Below, piece after piece: positions 44,234 through 59,000 of a DNA stretch of 64,000 nt. The stretch is from the human T2T-CHM13v2.0 reference genome, Homo sapiens. Below the pieces are notes generated by a model. It saw only the letters and a program-made list of their open reading frames with translations. It was not told the origin of the DNA and did no database searches. The position numbers and the translations under genes are program-made. The stretch lies in assembly GCF_009914755.1 (NCBI RefSeq), contig NC_060929.1; one strand, given 5' to 3'. Within the stretch, counting starts at the first letter, position 1; each line of letters begins with the position of its first letter.

Positions 44234-46980
44234 CAGAGGATGATTTACCATGAAACTAATGGTCATTAAGATGCAGGACTCCACATATGCACAAACTTAT
44301 TTCAAGGAATTGTTACATAATATTGAATTTATAATTCTATCCTCTTTTTCCTAAAGAGGACTCTAATAATTGATAAGGAAAGTATCTGACATTATTGCTC
44401 CTGCTGACCCCTTGGTGTCCCAGCCTAGGAAAGGCAAGAAGCTACAAGGTCAGTCATGGGCAGGGTCAGCTGTGAACACAGAAATGAAAGGTAGGAGATG
44501 TGAGACGGAAATTCAGCCTTTCGGCTGTGTCTTCTTGCTACAGCATTCTGGACACTTACTCTATGCTGTAAATCTACAACTATTTATTTTATTGTTCTGT
44601 AATGTTTTCAATTTTGAATAAAAATGTTTGGACAGCAGTAAGTTTAATAAAACAAAAGCATTTCATTTAAAAAGAATACAGCATTTTTGTTTCTTAAGAA
44701 TACAAATACTGTATGTTTTAATGTAAAATGTTTATGGACATTTGCCATCCACCAAGGGCACAGGAGTAATAACACCAACAATGTGAAAACCAGAAAACAC
44801 CAATCAGCTTAAGAAGCTTAGCCATTTTAAAATTTATTAGCTATTTTAGTACTGTGATCAAAGACAATAATTTAACACATATAGCTACAAAACTTAATTT
44901 GCATATCACTCTAGAAACAAGACCTTTTATTTAGATTGATTGTTCTTCATCTATGTTAATTTTGCTCATTACAATTTCAGATTTTCTTACGTAAGTGCAA
45001 AGAATAAAGTGGTGACTATTAATGCATTAGCAAAAGAAGAATTGCTCAATGATGTTAGTTTTATGTTAATATCATCAGCTGCTGAAATAGAATTTAGTTA
45101 ATCATAATAATGATTTATTTATGTTTTATTCAATTTATGGAAAAAGTAAAGCTTCTACAAGTTAATTCAGTCAAAAATGACATTATTGAGAAAGATGTTA
45201 TCAATTCATTCAAAAGTTAAATGAATAAAATAGTATATTGGTACCAATTACATAAATGAAGTTTTTGGTGGTTCAGAGCATCATAGTAAAAAGCAATGTT
45301 CTTAGTAAGTGAAAGCACCTATAGAACAGAAAAGTATGTAAAATTGGTTGAGGCACACTCACAATTCACAGTGCACCTAAAACAAACTGAAACGCTTTGC
45401 CAATTTACATAGAAGCAAAAAATTAAAATGTACAAGTAACTATATATATATATATATAATAGTTGCTGTTTAAATATATAAATGCACATGTAATAATTCT
45501 AATAATGATTTAATTATATATGCATAGAGAGAAAGAATGAAGGAGAGAAAATGGACTTCAATTTATTTCCAATTTGTTGAATAGAAACAAATACTTCAGC
45601 GTAACAGTTGGTTCTCTTTTTGCTACCCATTTTCAGACAGACTTTAGAAATGCTGAGGCTTTGGAGAATAATTTTAACCTAAATGTTCAACAGTAGTATA
45701 GATCATTACTGGAAAAGAGTTTGTGTTCCTTTTTTAATCAGATAGAAATTTTAATAAAAGTATTCAAAAAATGGAGTAACAAAAATGCAACCTTTATCAA
45801 ATTGAATAATTGAAAACAAAGCTTGCAGATAGAAATTGAAATTTATATCTGCAAAAGCAGGGCAAAATAAATAAATTAAACAATGAGAATTCAAATAATG
45901 TATAGGTTGAATTTTGAAGTCCTCTACCTGTGCTTTGAAATATCTCCACTTATGAGAAAAATATTTGATTAAACTCCTATCTATAGCTGTATAAATTAAT
46001 ATTGTGTTCTTGAGTAGATTTAAATTTAGAAAACTTATGATTTTTTTAACATCCAAATTTAGCAAAGACATGGAATCAACCTAAGGGCCCATCAATGGTA
46101 GAGTGGATAAAGAAAATGTGGTACATATATACCATGGAATACTATGCAGCCATAAAAAAAGGATGAGATCATGTCTTCTGCAGGAATATGGAGGGAGCTG
46201 GAGGCCATATCCTCAGCAAACTAAGACTGGAACAGAAAACCAAATGCTGCACATTCTCACTTATAAGTGGGAGCTAAATGATGAGAACACATGGGCACAA
46301 AGAGGGGAACAAAAGACACTGGAGCCTACTTGAGGGTGGAGGGTGAGAGGAGAGAGAAGATCAAGAAAAATGAAACTACTGGCTACTAGACCTAGTACTC
46401 AAGTGACTAAATAATCTATACAACAAACCCCCATGACATGAGTTTACCCATATAACAAACCTGCCTTGTATCCCTGAACCTAATAACAGTTAAATAAATA
46501 AATTTGATGAGACATCTTAAAAATAAATATTTTGGTGAGTTTTTCTTATCTATAATTTCATAAAACTAATTTATCTGGCAACACAATGTTCCAAAAATTA
46601 CATAAAATTATTTTAATGCCTCCTTTCATTCTCAAAACTGTCCTGGTACAGATGATAAATTTATGGTCACCCTATATATAATGTCGTGGGAGGTTGCCTG
46701 ATTGCTTCCCCTAGTGTGATGCAGTGATATTCTTCAAGGCACTGGCTTAGATACTGGAAACAGAAAAGTAGTATTAAAACGATCTCTGCCTCCCAGAAGC
46801 TCACAGTGCAATGGAATGAAAAATATTTATTAATTAATGTTATGGGTTCCTGGTTGGAGACATACAAAAATCTCCAGAGAGAACTCCAGTGAGAATGGCT
46901 AGCATTGATATTGCAAATATTTTGGCAATTTGATTACTGAGTGGAATGTATAGCTTTTAGAAAATTGACCGTCCAGCAAT
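44234..46980 (+). mobile_element. Zaphod/MER115-like hAT-Tip100 transposon fossil (interrupted)
   Basis: The 5' end CAGAGGATGATTTACCATGAAACTAATG resembles MER115/Zaphod. AT-rich body with decayed hAT-like motifs near 44905 and 46900-46970. Confidence 0.5.
46060..46500 (+). mobile_element. Old primate L1PA 3' end
   Basis: GGATAAAGAAAATGTGGTACATATATACCATGGAATACT...CTCACTTATAAGTGGGAGCTAAATGATGAGAAC. Confidence 0.9.
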
Positions 46981-47007
46981 ATATTTCTGAAAGAATTTGT
47001 TCTGTGG

Positions 47008-47541
47008 TGTCAAAGAGAAATTGTACCAGAGTTAAACGGGCAAGGAAGACTTTATTCAAAACGATTACAGTGAAAGTCAAGACTATTGTAATAGGAGTGA
47101 GAGATCAAATTCAACTTCTACTGGGAAAAAATGCAGGAGAGTTTTTAAGCACTGGGGTGAGCTAGTGGAGAAGTACTACAGGATGTTGAGGGGGAGGTTG
47201 GTCCATGTGATTAGGCCATCTGCGTTTTCTAATTGCGCTTATCCAAGTTTGACTCCTACCCTCCCACCGAAACTGAGAGAGAGGGGCACTATCTTATTTT
47301 TGGAAAAGGGGCACCTTTTTCAAAGGGGTGGCTCCCAGGTCCTAGAGAAAGACATTCCTCGGGTGTAAAACTGGCAAGAGGCTGGGAGATGTGCATCTCA
47401 AAAGGGAAATAGAAAGAATCTACAATTGCAAGTTTCCTAAATTAGATGCTCTCAGTAAATGGAGGTCAGGGGTTTATAGTCAGGAATAAATCTGTTTAAA
47501 GTTTAGTCAAGCTAAGGGGAATGTTAAGGCCATCTTGGTCA
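47008..47541 (-). mobile_element. ERV1 solo LTR (MER67-like)
   Basis: TG...CA termini with a perfect 4-bp TSD GTGG (47004-47007 and 47542-47545). The minus strand starts TGACCAAGATGGCCTTAACATTCCCCTTAGCTTGACTAAACTTT. Confidence 0.8.
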
Positions 47542-48239
47542 GTGGATTTCTGAGCATCCATGCATATTTGACTCCAAGTTAGAGGAATACAAGGAAAACT
47601 CACTTGCCTGGAATCTCTCCCTACTTCTTCTCCTGCTGGTGAAGTTTATTCTTGTCTGGCAGGTTATAATCCTGTTGGAGTGTATATGGCCACCTAAAGA
47701 CTGATCATAGGTCTTTAAGATTCAGTTTGAATAAATAAATACTTTTAGTGTTGCTATATAGTCAGCTTGGGAATAGGCTCTTCTCCTTGGACAGACAGCT
47801 TCCAGGGTTCCTGTATAGGAAATATTTCACTTTTTCACACTTTAGAGCCAATAAAAATGTACTTTTCTGCAAAAATGATGACAATGACAGGATATAACAT
47901 CTGCTTTATAAGAGACAGCTGCATACAGTAGCTCCACACTAAATTTAATCTAGTCCTTAATTCTTAGCTGTGTTCCTGAGGGAGCATGACTAAAACCATT
48001 GCGTTAGCTTGTTCCCAACGATGATGTCCAATAAAGATGCCAAAAATATTTTAGCATTATTTTTATCTTTGACATTTGAAAGCAAACCACACTTACTGGT
48101 AAAATTTTGTTTAACATCTTTACTAATTGCCTTCAGTATGTTAAAAATGTAACCCTTTTAACAGTCATCTTTCCTTTTTGAGGTATTTTGTGCTAATTTA
48201 AAATACTGAAAAGGAATAAAATGCACAAGAATAAAATGA

Positions 48240-49720
48240 GGCAATGTGGTATTCAAACCACTCTCCTTTCTTCTCTGGCTGTGTGAATTTGCTCAAGTTT
48301 CTTCATCTCTATGAAGTTCAGTTTTCTACCTGATAAAATTGAAATAATAAAAACATCTCCTCTGCATCCTTGTTTTGAAGGTTGAGGATTATGTATGATA
48401 AGTTCTTGAAACATAGTAAGTACCTAACAGTATGTTATTATAGATCTGAAAGCTTCATATATACAGTGTGGCTGTAAGAAGGGACTACTATTGTTTCAAA
48501 ACTGTAAGGCAGTTTTGAATATACCCATGAGGTATTCTGAGCCCAGATGTGGTTAATTGTTTTTCTTATTCTCACTTTCTTGAAAGAAAATTTTTTTTGA
48601 AGATTATAGTACCAAACAGAGAGCTAGAGAACAAATGCACTGCTGGATAATTGATTTGGAGGTAACTTTCATTTATGAGTTGTGAGACCAGGCCCCTGGA
48701 TTCTGGACTCCAAATTCGGTATTTTTTCAAGAGTATCCAAAGAGACAAGGTCCATTCTTTGATGCAGGACCAAGGTAGCACTAATCCTTGGCTAGTTTTT
48801 GGAAGGCAATCTCAAAGCTGGATGTGATACAAACAGAATAGGTATTGGGATAACTCCAGAAAAATTTAGTCTTTCATTAATTCTTGCATGCATGCATGCA
48901 TTTATTCAAAAAATATTTGTTGAGTACCTCCTACCTAGCCAGCACTATAGCAGGTGTCAGGAATAGACAAAAATAATAATAGCTAATTCTTATTATGCCC
49001 TGCTGGTACTAGGAAAGAGTTTAAATACTTTATTGCTCTTTTACTCATTTACACCTCAATAACTCCCTGAAGTCTATATTGTCGCTTTCCCCATTTTATA
49101 GATAAGAAAATTGAGTGAAAGAGAAGTTAGAAAACACATATGGTAACATAACATCGTGAAGTCAGAACCCAGGCTTTTGAACACCACTTCATAGTGTCTC
49201 CTCTAAAATAATAGTGAGCTAAGCAGACATGGTACTTGACCTTGCCTAGTGAAGGAAAAGAAATTAATCAAATAATCACAATAAGTATATGATTATAAAC
49301 AATTATAATGGGGCACATCCAAGAGTAGGAACATTACATAGAGAGAACCTGATAAGTGTGAAGGCACAGGAAGAGCATGAGAAACTGAATAAAGGCCAGG
49401 GTGGCTGGGACACAGAGATTCACGGGGGAAAACAGTGCAAAGTACCACCAGAGAGGCAAAATGTTTAGATCCTGTATAAGCCTTAACTTTGGGGTCCAGA
49501 ATACCTGTGTTCCAATCCCAGCTCTGCCACTTTTTTGCTCTGTATTTGCGGCAAAGGACTTAACATCTCCGAGCTTATGTCTTTATTTTTAAAATAAGGA
49601 TAATAATAAGATCTACCTCACAAAGTTACTGAAGTCAACAGATGAGTTATTTTATGTCTGGCACTTAGCATAGTGCCTGGCACATTATAAAACTAAATAA
49701 AGATTAGTTATTATGATGAT
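48240..49720. mobile_element. Cluster of MIR (+ about 48240-48440, - about 48975-49190, + about 49470-49720) and L2 relics
   Basis: MIR cores (CCCATTTTATAGATAAGAAAATTGAG; CCAATCCCAGCTCTGCCACTT) and an L2 end (TTTATTCAAAAAATATTTGTTGAGTACC). Confidence 0.65.
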
Positions 49721-51708
49721 TATATGAAATTATAAAAATACTTTAAATTTTATAAATTATAAAATATACAATTTCAATTCACTTACTGAATCTGATTCTT
49801 TTCTTTAGCCTGAATTAATTCTCTAATTTATAGACTTAATATTTATAGAGCAGGATGTGAGCTAAACTGTTCTGCTTTCTTCAGCAGACCCTAGACGAGA
49901 AAAAAATTTTAAAAGATAGTTTAAAGTAACAAATGTGTTAGTTGTTATAATAACCCAACTCCATTACCTTACATATGCACAGACACATGCTCTGGCACAG
50001 GCATTTGTGTGTGTGTGTGTGAGTGTGTATGTGTGCACTGTAGTTCAGACAAGCTTTCCATATTCCAGTTGGATCAAGCCAGTAAATCTGACATAGTCCA
50101 GGTCCCCAGGTAATTCCCCAGAGTGCAATTATGTTGAAACCCCAAATCACTGGCACTACTGCATCACAGTTGTTAAAACAACCCCAGAAAAGCTACACAA
50201 ATGAATGAATTTCCAAATTTAGCCTGAGTGATTGCTTAGAGCAGTGACTATCATTCTAAGGAATGCAGCGGGTTAGTGCAAGGTATTGCCGAAGTAGGTG
50301 GCGGATTTCCTCCTTACACAAAACTATGATAGTTAGTGGGTTTGTAAAAACTCAGCAGAAATAAAATTCTTCATTTATTTTGTTTCCACGAGTAGAAAAC
50401 AGGAGAATTTCTCTTTTTCTCTTTGTGATCAAGAGGAAGGTAGCAGTGATACCAGAGTCATCTCACAAAATGCCAAGTGAGTGGAGCTGATCCATTGGCA
50501 CAGGTGACAGAAGCCTGCTTCATTACCCCCAAGCAACAGGTTTTTGTCAGCGGAAGGAATAGTCAAAGAATTTTCTGTATAGGTTATCACCCTAATAAGC
50601 CCACTGTAAAAAACACCTTAGGAAGAATTTATTGATAGTCAGCACAACGCAAGTCTAAACAGAGGCTGCAAACTGAGTGGGTGTGGAAGAGGCTTGAGGA
50701 AATAGGCTATTCATAGAGAACAGGGAGGTGCTTGCAAACAGGGAAGTTGGAGATATTCCATAAAAAGATTTTTCCTAGGGCTGTGTCATTTTGAAAAAAT
50801 TTAAGTGCCTCTTTAAGCAAAAGATTGTTGGTTCCCAATCCCTGCAATAAGCCATCTGGCCTTGGGTGAGGCTATTGCCATATGGATGGTCATTTTATCT
50901 GAGGAGCAACCAAGAGCACTATGAAAAAAAAAACATGTAATAATGATCTCTAATTGACTATATAGTCTAATTTTAAAAACTATGGCAAACTCAAAGACTT
51001 CAAAGTGCTACAGGGAAAATTTGCACATGGCTGATGCCTTATCTCCCTTCCTACTCTCTACATCTCAGTCTCAGCATGCAGCTGGTCACATCTGCTTGCA
51101 TGGGTCTTTATGCTGCCAGTCAAGCTGTGTGGAGAACAGGCAGCATGACTGGGTACATGGCCGCAGGTGCATCAGTAACTCCTCTAGGTAGGAACAAATA
51201 AAGTTTATGTTTGGAACAACCAACTGGAAACTCAGGAAACCCTCTTTAGTAAACATTGTAAGAAAACTTGGCATAGTTCCAAAGACAGTGTACTGTCATT
51301 TACTTTGTTTAAGGAGAAAACTTATTTTCCCAATGTGTTTTCAAAAATTTCTGATCATTATGTTTAGCTATCCAAATAGTCTAAGAAGTCAAACAAATCA
51401 GTCCTTTGCTACAGTTACCATCAACGGGATACAAAGAAATGGATATTATTTTAATAGCCAATTGCTTTCCAAAGCTACTTGAGGAATAAATATGACTTAA
51501 CAGAAAATATTTGATGTTTCACTAAATTAAAGATAATGGATATCCTTGTTTTTATAAAGGGATCTAAGTCTATTGAAGATTTGAGCTGCATTCTTTCTGA
51601 AATGTGTGCATACTGATTCATTCAATTTTGAAGTAATTTATCACTTTTACAAATTAAATGACTTTCCTCTGCTTCTCACACAATGAAGTTATGTGTGAAA
51701 ATTAACTA

Positions 51709-52031
<323 letters not shown>

Positions 52032-52037
52032 CTAATG

Positions 52038-52343
<306 letters not shown>

Positions 52344-52629
52344 CTAATGATTCTGCAATTTAATGCTCTTTCTTGAAAGAACACTCTAGGGAGTTTTATT
52401 CTGATATGCTGCTAAAGTTTAGGATATGTTTATTAATTTACAACATCCATATAAATGATTTCTGAAATTAAGAAGGGAAATGCACTCTAATTTGCCAATG
52501 TGATTGGCTTTTGTAAAATTCTTTCCAAAAAGTCACTTGAATATCCTTGATATTATACAATGAAATATCTTTATAGACTCTTACCATAACTCAGTGTTCC
52601 TGATGATTTTGTCTGTGATTATTAAACAT

Positions 52630-54727
52630 TTTACTATCACAGAAATAGAAAAAAAATTGAAATTCCTATGAAACCACAGAAAACCCCAGATATTAAAAAA
52701 AAAAAAACTTGAACAACAACAACAAAAAAACAAATTTGGAGACACTACCCCACCTGATCTCAAAATATATTACAAGGCTATAGTATTCAAAACAAGATAC
52801 TGGCATAAAAACAGATATATAGATGAATGGAACAGGAAAGACAGCCCATAAATAAATCCATGCATTTACAGCCAATTGATCTTTAACAAAGGTGCCAAGA
52901 ACACAAACTGAGAAAAGAACAGTCTTTTCAATAAATGAGATTGGGAAAATTGGAAATCCATGTGCAGAAGAATGAAATTAGACCCTTATCTCACACCATA
53001 CACAAAAACCAACTAAAAATGGATTAAAGACTTAAACATAAGACCTGAACATGTAAAACTACTAGGAGAAAAACAGGAAAAAAATACTTTTTGAAATTTA
53101 GTCTAAGCAAAGATTTTTTGAATATGATCCCAAAAGCATAAGTGACAAAAGCAAAAATAGACAAATGGGATTGCAACAAACTTTAAAAAGCTTTTGCACA
53201 GCAAAGAAAACAATAGAGGGAAAAGAAAACCTACAGAATGGAAGAAAACATACAGAATGAAAAAAATATTAACCACTGATAAGGGGTTAATATCCAAAAT
53301 ATATAAGAGACTTGCTATGGCTTTGATGTTTGTCCTCTAAACCTCATGTTGACATTTAATTCCCAGTGTTGGAGGTGGGGCCTAATGGGAGGTGTTTAGG
53401 TCATGAGGTGAATTCCTCATGAACAGATTAATGTCCTCCCATGGGGGTGAGTGAGTTCTCATTCTTTTGCTCCTGAGAGATCTGGCTGTTAGAAAGATCC
53501 TGGAACCTTTTCCCTTTCTCTCTCTCCTGCACCTCTGCCCAAACACTCCCCTGTGCCTTCCACTGTAAGTGCAAGTGGCCTAAGATCCACACTAGATGCA
53601 GATGTCCAATCTTGAACTTTCTGGCCATCAGAATAGTAAGCCAAATAAACTTTTTTTTCATAAATTACTCAGCCCCAGGTATTCCTTGATAGCACACAAA
53701 ATGGACAAGACCAAACTCAAATAACTCAACAGCAAGACAAAAAATTACTCAATCTAAAAAGTGGGCAAAGAACCAAAAACAGATATTTCTCAAAAGAAGA
53801 CACACAAATGGCTAACAGGTGTATGAAAAAAAAAAGTTCAACGTCACCAAGTATAAGGAAAATGCAAATTAAAAACACAGTGATATCACCTCACACCTGT
53901 TATGATGGCTGTTATCAAAAAGATGGAAGATAATAAGTATTGCCAAGGATGTGTAGAAAAGATAACACTCACATACTGTTGGTGGGAAGGTAAAACTAAA
54001 AACAGAACTACCATATGATCCAGAAATCCCACTACTGGGGATTTATAAAATAAAAATGAAATCAGCATGTCAAAGAGATATTTACACGCCCATTTTCATT
54101 GCAAACATTATTTACAACAGCCAAGATAGGAATCAACCTAAGTTTCCCCCAACAGACATATGTGTAAAGAGAAAATGTGACACACACACAGATACACACA
54201 GACACACACACACACATACACACAGTGGACTACTATTAAGCCTTTAAAAAGAAGTGAGTCTTGTCATTTGCAGCATGGATGAAACTGGAGGACTTTGTGC
54301 TAAGTGAAAAACCAGACACAGAAAGACAAATATTGTATGATCTCACTTGCTTGTGAAATCTAAAAAAGTTGAACTCATAGAAGCAGAGAGTAGAGTGGTG
54401 GCTGTCAGAGGCTGGGGGATAGGACAGGTGGAGAATGAGCGCTATTGGTCAAAAAGTACAGTCTCAGACAGGATGAATAAGTTATGAAGATCTATTATAT
54501 GGCATGATAACTATTGTTAATATAATGTATTGTATACTTGAAAATTGCTAAGAGAGTAGACATTAAATTTCTTACCACTAAAAAAGACAAGTATGTGAAG
54601 TAATGGCTATGTAATTTTGTTTGATTTAATAACTTCCCATTGTATGCATATGTCAAAATATCACATTGTACAGTGCAAATACATACAATTTGTATTTGTC
54701 AATTATATCTTAATAAAGCTGGGGGGA
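52630..54727 (+). mobile_element. L1MA (8/9-like) 3' portion containing an MST LTR
   Basis: Sense ORF2 tail (TCTCAAAAGAAGACACACAAATGGC) and 3'UTR (GAAAATTGCTAAGAGAGTAGA...AATAAAGCTGGGGGGA). Confidence 0.85.
53313..53712 (+). mobile_element. MST-family MaLR solo LTR
   Basis: TGCTATGG start; GTTGGAGGTGGGGCCTAATGGGAGGTGTTTAGGTCATG. TSD AGACT/AAACT. Confidence 0.85.
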
Positions 54728-55268
54728 ATGTTAATAATGGCAATGATGGTGACAATTGCTGAACAATTGCTTTATGCTAGATACTATTATTTGGTAGTTG
54801 ATATAGAGTAGTATTTAAGTACATTGGCTTTCAATTCACAGAAACCTCGTTTTCTATTACACCTTTAATGAGTACATTATTCAGCAGAAGTTAGCTTATT
54901 CATGACTGTCAGAGAAAGTCTTCTATGACCTCTTGGAACTCAATTTCTCCATATGAGAAATGGAAATAAAACACCTACCACACAGAATTGTTACTATAGC
55001 AGATAATTTATATACAGCACTACACAAAGTTTTGAAGAAATAAAATTCATCAAAAATATACTGAATTTATATATCTTTAAACTTTGAAATTAAGGTCAAA
55101 TACCATCATTTGTGAATAGAGATCAGAAAAAATGGTATTTGGGCTTAAACTGCTTCAAAAAATAACACAACTTCCATTTAAATTTTTTTACATGTGCATG
55201 GAATTTGGCAAATACGGAATTTTAAAGTATTAAAATACTTGCTAGAGTTCATTTGTGCCTAAAGATAT

Positions 55269-55484
55269 GCCTCCTGGGTTCAAGCAATTCTCCTGCCTCA
55301 GCCTCCCCAGTAGCTGGGATTACAGGCATGTGCCACCATGCCCAGCTAATTTTTTGTATTTTTGGTAGAGATGGGGTAGTTCTCCACCTTGGTAGGCTGG
55401 TCTGGAACTCCTAACCTCAGGTGATTCACCCTCCTCCGCCTCCCAAAGTGCTGGGATTACAGGCGTGATCCACCACACCCAGCC
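55269..55484 (-). mobile_element. AluS fragment lacking its 3' end and tail
   Basis: GCCTCCTGGGTTCAAGCAATTCTCC...GTGCTGGGATTACAGGCGTGA. Confidence 0.9.
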
Positions 55485-55702
55485 AAATTCTTCTTAATCA
55501 ACATGAGGTGGGACTTCTATCTGTTCTAATTTATGTAGTCAAGTTTTCCTATTTTCTTTCATTGAGACAGAAAGAAAACTAGAAAACATCAGTTTTGATC
55601 TTTGGATCACTTTAAGTTTGTGTTGTTTCATCTCAATTCTTTTTTAGAAAATACCCATCTAAAACTACTAGAAGAAATAATACTCCTACTTAAAATTCCT
55701 TT

Positions 55703-56060
55703 TGATATGGTTTGGCTATGTTCCCACCCAAATCTCATCTTGAATTGTAGTAATCCCCATGTGTCAAGGGTGGGGCCAGGTGGAGATAATTGAATCATGG
55801 GCGCGGTTTCCCCCATACTATTCTTGTGGTAGTGAGTAAGCCTCAAGAGATCTGATGGTTTTATAAATGGGAGTTTCCCTGCACTAGCTCTCTTGCCTGC
55901 CACCATGTAAACATGACTTTGCTCCGCATTTGCCTTCTGCCATGACTGTGAGGCCTCCCCAGCCATGTGGAACTGTGAGTCCATTAAACCTCTTTCCTTT
56001 ATAAATTACTCAGTCTTTATTAGTATGTCTTTCTTAGCCATGTGAGAACAGACTAATACA
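55703..56060 (+). mobile_element. THE1 (C/D-like) solo LTR
   Basis: TGATATGGTTTGGCT...CAGACTAATACA with a perfect 5-bp TSD CCTTT (55698-55702 and 56061-56065). Confidence 0.95.
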
Positions 56061-59000
56061 CCTTTTAATGTTTTAATTTCTCTGTGCCATCTCTGAAAAC
56101 TTTAGCTACTTTATATGCATATACGCACTCATACCCATCATTAAGAGACAAGAAGTTTCTTTGCTTGTGAAGACTCTCTGACAGTCATGTGCTCTAAGAA
56201 CAATTTCTGTGGTACCCTTGAAATAAACATTCTGGTGAAGTAGAAGAAACTTCAACAAGAGCAGCAAACAGATCAAATTTCAGCAAATGAAACAAGGTTC
56301 AAAGTCTAATTACAACTGAATTCAAATTGTACCAGTGGTACCAGTGACATTTCTTTGGCCTGTTCTGAAAGACAGTGGGTGTTTCTAGCACAGATTGTTA
56401 GTTTTAATTTGCTCAAATGTGTTTTTATTACCAATTGGTACAGAGGTGGCAAAAGGAAACAGTCTCTGGAGGCAGAACAAATGGGGAAATGTGTTTTGAG
56501 TCCCTTTTGGCAGCAGTCAGTTTGATATCCCCAAGGAAATGTTTCTTGACAATAATTATAAGACAAACATCAATATTTGGTTTCTAAATGTTTGACAAAA
56601 TGGAAACTATTTTTGCCAGGAAAATGGAACCAGTGGATCCCTTCAAACTCAGTATTTAACGGAGGCTTAAGAAAAGGCTATAAAGGAGAAAATATGGAAA
56701 GTATGTGATCTTTAACCCAAATAGGCTGTAAAGTCAATCTAACACACACTCTAGATTTATCAAGACCTACATATTCTGTTTTTTTAAAGTTTTTAGAGTT
56801 ATTTTCATTTGTTTCATTTTTAATCTTTCGTGCCTTTTACTAACGCATTGAGTTTTCTTTGTTCTTTTCCCTTGATTCTAGGTTTTTTTTTCTTTTTTCT
56901 TTTGGAAATTATGCATTTAAAAATCTTCTAATGGTTACTAGAGACAATTTTAAATATATTAATTTTGCTATTAAGTTAGCCTAGAATTTTAAAATTTCCG
57001 AACAGTTCAATAAAATAAATTTAACACATGGAACTAAAATTACTATTGCCAGGTCTTACTTGGATTCTATTCTTTTTCCAAGTAAATGTTAACGAGAAGA
57101 GTAGCAGGAAGAAAAGTAACCATAACAATTGGCAGATATATTTATTTCTCTAGCTTTTAAAGTTTATTTTAAACACACAAGGCAGAAATATAGGCACCAA
57201 ACAGGCACCACCCAACCAATAAAGAATGTTTTATAAAACTTCAATGGCCTTGTCATCTGTTATTTATTTTTATTCATCTTTGCCCCATTTTCTTTCTTTT
57301 TCCTTCTCTATCTACAGTTAATAATAAAAAATAAACAGGATATGCTAAATGAATGTAACTCAAGGTGAAGTTTTTTTCTGTAATCAGAAATTATATAACA
57401 TTATTCTAGAGAGCTTCTTCATTTGCTTTATCTAATTAATATATAACTGGAAATTTCCACTTCTAAGTCTGATAAGTATTTGGGATCAACAGAAAACTTC
57501 AGTTTGAATTTTTATTGCATCAGAAATTAGCAGTTAACCAATAGTCATTTATCTGGGCAATTTATAATTATTTCATTCATTTCACATTAGGAATAATATC
57601 TAAGTAATCATAAACCCAAGTTCTCCTGTACCCAAGTTTCTTGACAAGCCTTTAAGCTTTGCTAGTGCTTGTTACCAAAGTGATCTCACAGTTCACCTTT
57701 TCTCCTCTCAATGTGGTATAAAATCCAGCCATGGCCCTCCTTTGTTTTTAATACCACATTGGGTGATGGTTCTGTGAGGTAAAGAGAGCCCGAAAAAAAC
57801 AAATAGAACATTTCAAGATGTCATTATTAATTCCACATGATGAATATTTACTGCAGTTGCTATTTAGATGTCTCAGAGGGTATCCAAATTCATTTGATGT
57901 AACATGAGGAAACTAGCAAACAACATCATTAGCCTTGGAAAAAAAACACTGGTTAAAATAACTAAAAACAAACACAAGCCAAAAAAAAGGGGGACAAAAA
58001 GGGTAACACTTTCTCACAAACTTGTTTTGGGAATTTCTATAAAACCATTCTGACCATTAGTCAGCATAACAGTGTTTTTCAGATTTTTTGGACCCTTATA
58101 TATTTACTCAATAAAATCATGACTTTATTTGTTTTTTAAAATTGGTACATGATGACAGGTCTGTGTGTCTGGCAGGAACAATATCTTTCTGGTGTCCATG
58201 TTCCTTCACCTCTTGTTACTGTCATTTATAATTATCAAGGAAGTACCAGGTAAACAAATGTGACTTTAAAACAATTATAAAGCTTGTGGAATCATACATG
58301 GACATTTAAAAAATATGAATTAATTTGTAGGGCCAACAAACTGATAATAATTTTGAGCCACTGCCAAAAAAGGTAAATAAGATTGTTTCCCACCTACTTA
58401 AAATTCAATGCAAATGTTGAAAATATTCAGCTTTATTTTCATTCATTTAACTAATAGTTCCTAAATACGTAAAAAGATCTTGTCACTATGCATATCTTGG
58501 AACTAGTGAAATAATAACACACAGCTTCCATTTTTGAAAAATTCAATATAAATGTGGGGAATATCAATCTTATTCCATTTTAGTCTAAGTTGAAAATTTG
58601 ATACCTCACTCTTACAGTCACTTTTATTTGCAAAACATCAACTTTACTTTCTATAGAGCATCACATGTTAAACAAATTTCATCAAATGTCTTTCAAGAAA
58701 ATAAATACTATGATGGCCTGTCCTTAAACCTACCACCAATAGCTAATTTTAAAAATGTACAGTGAGAATTACTCAAAATTGTATTTAATGATGCTCTGAT
58801 GAAGATGGCAAACTGAAAATGTGGTATTAGTGTCTCTCTTCATCTCCCATTTTTTTTGAAATCAAAACAACAACAATAAAGATTACTTAACAAAATCCCT
58901 TAACAACAACAAAAAAAATGAGAACCAGAAAATTTGCCCTTTGAGGGCCTTCTGGAAAATAGCAAAAAATGATTTGAGATTGACAGGTAAATTTAAAGCA

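Noticed and set aside
48885-48901. Tandem TGCATG (RBFOX-like) motifs
   Set aside because: They are best explained as the decayed microsatellite end of an L2, and no nearby exon was identified.
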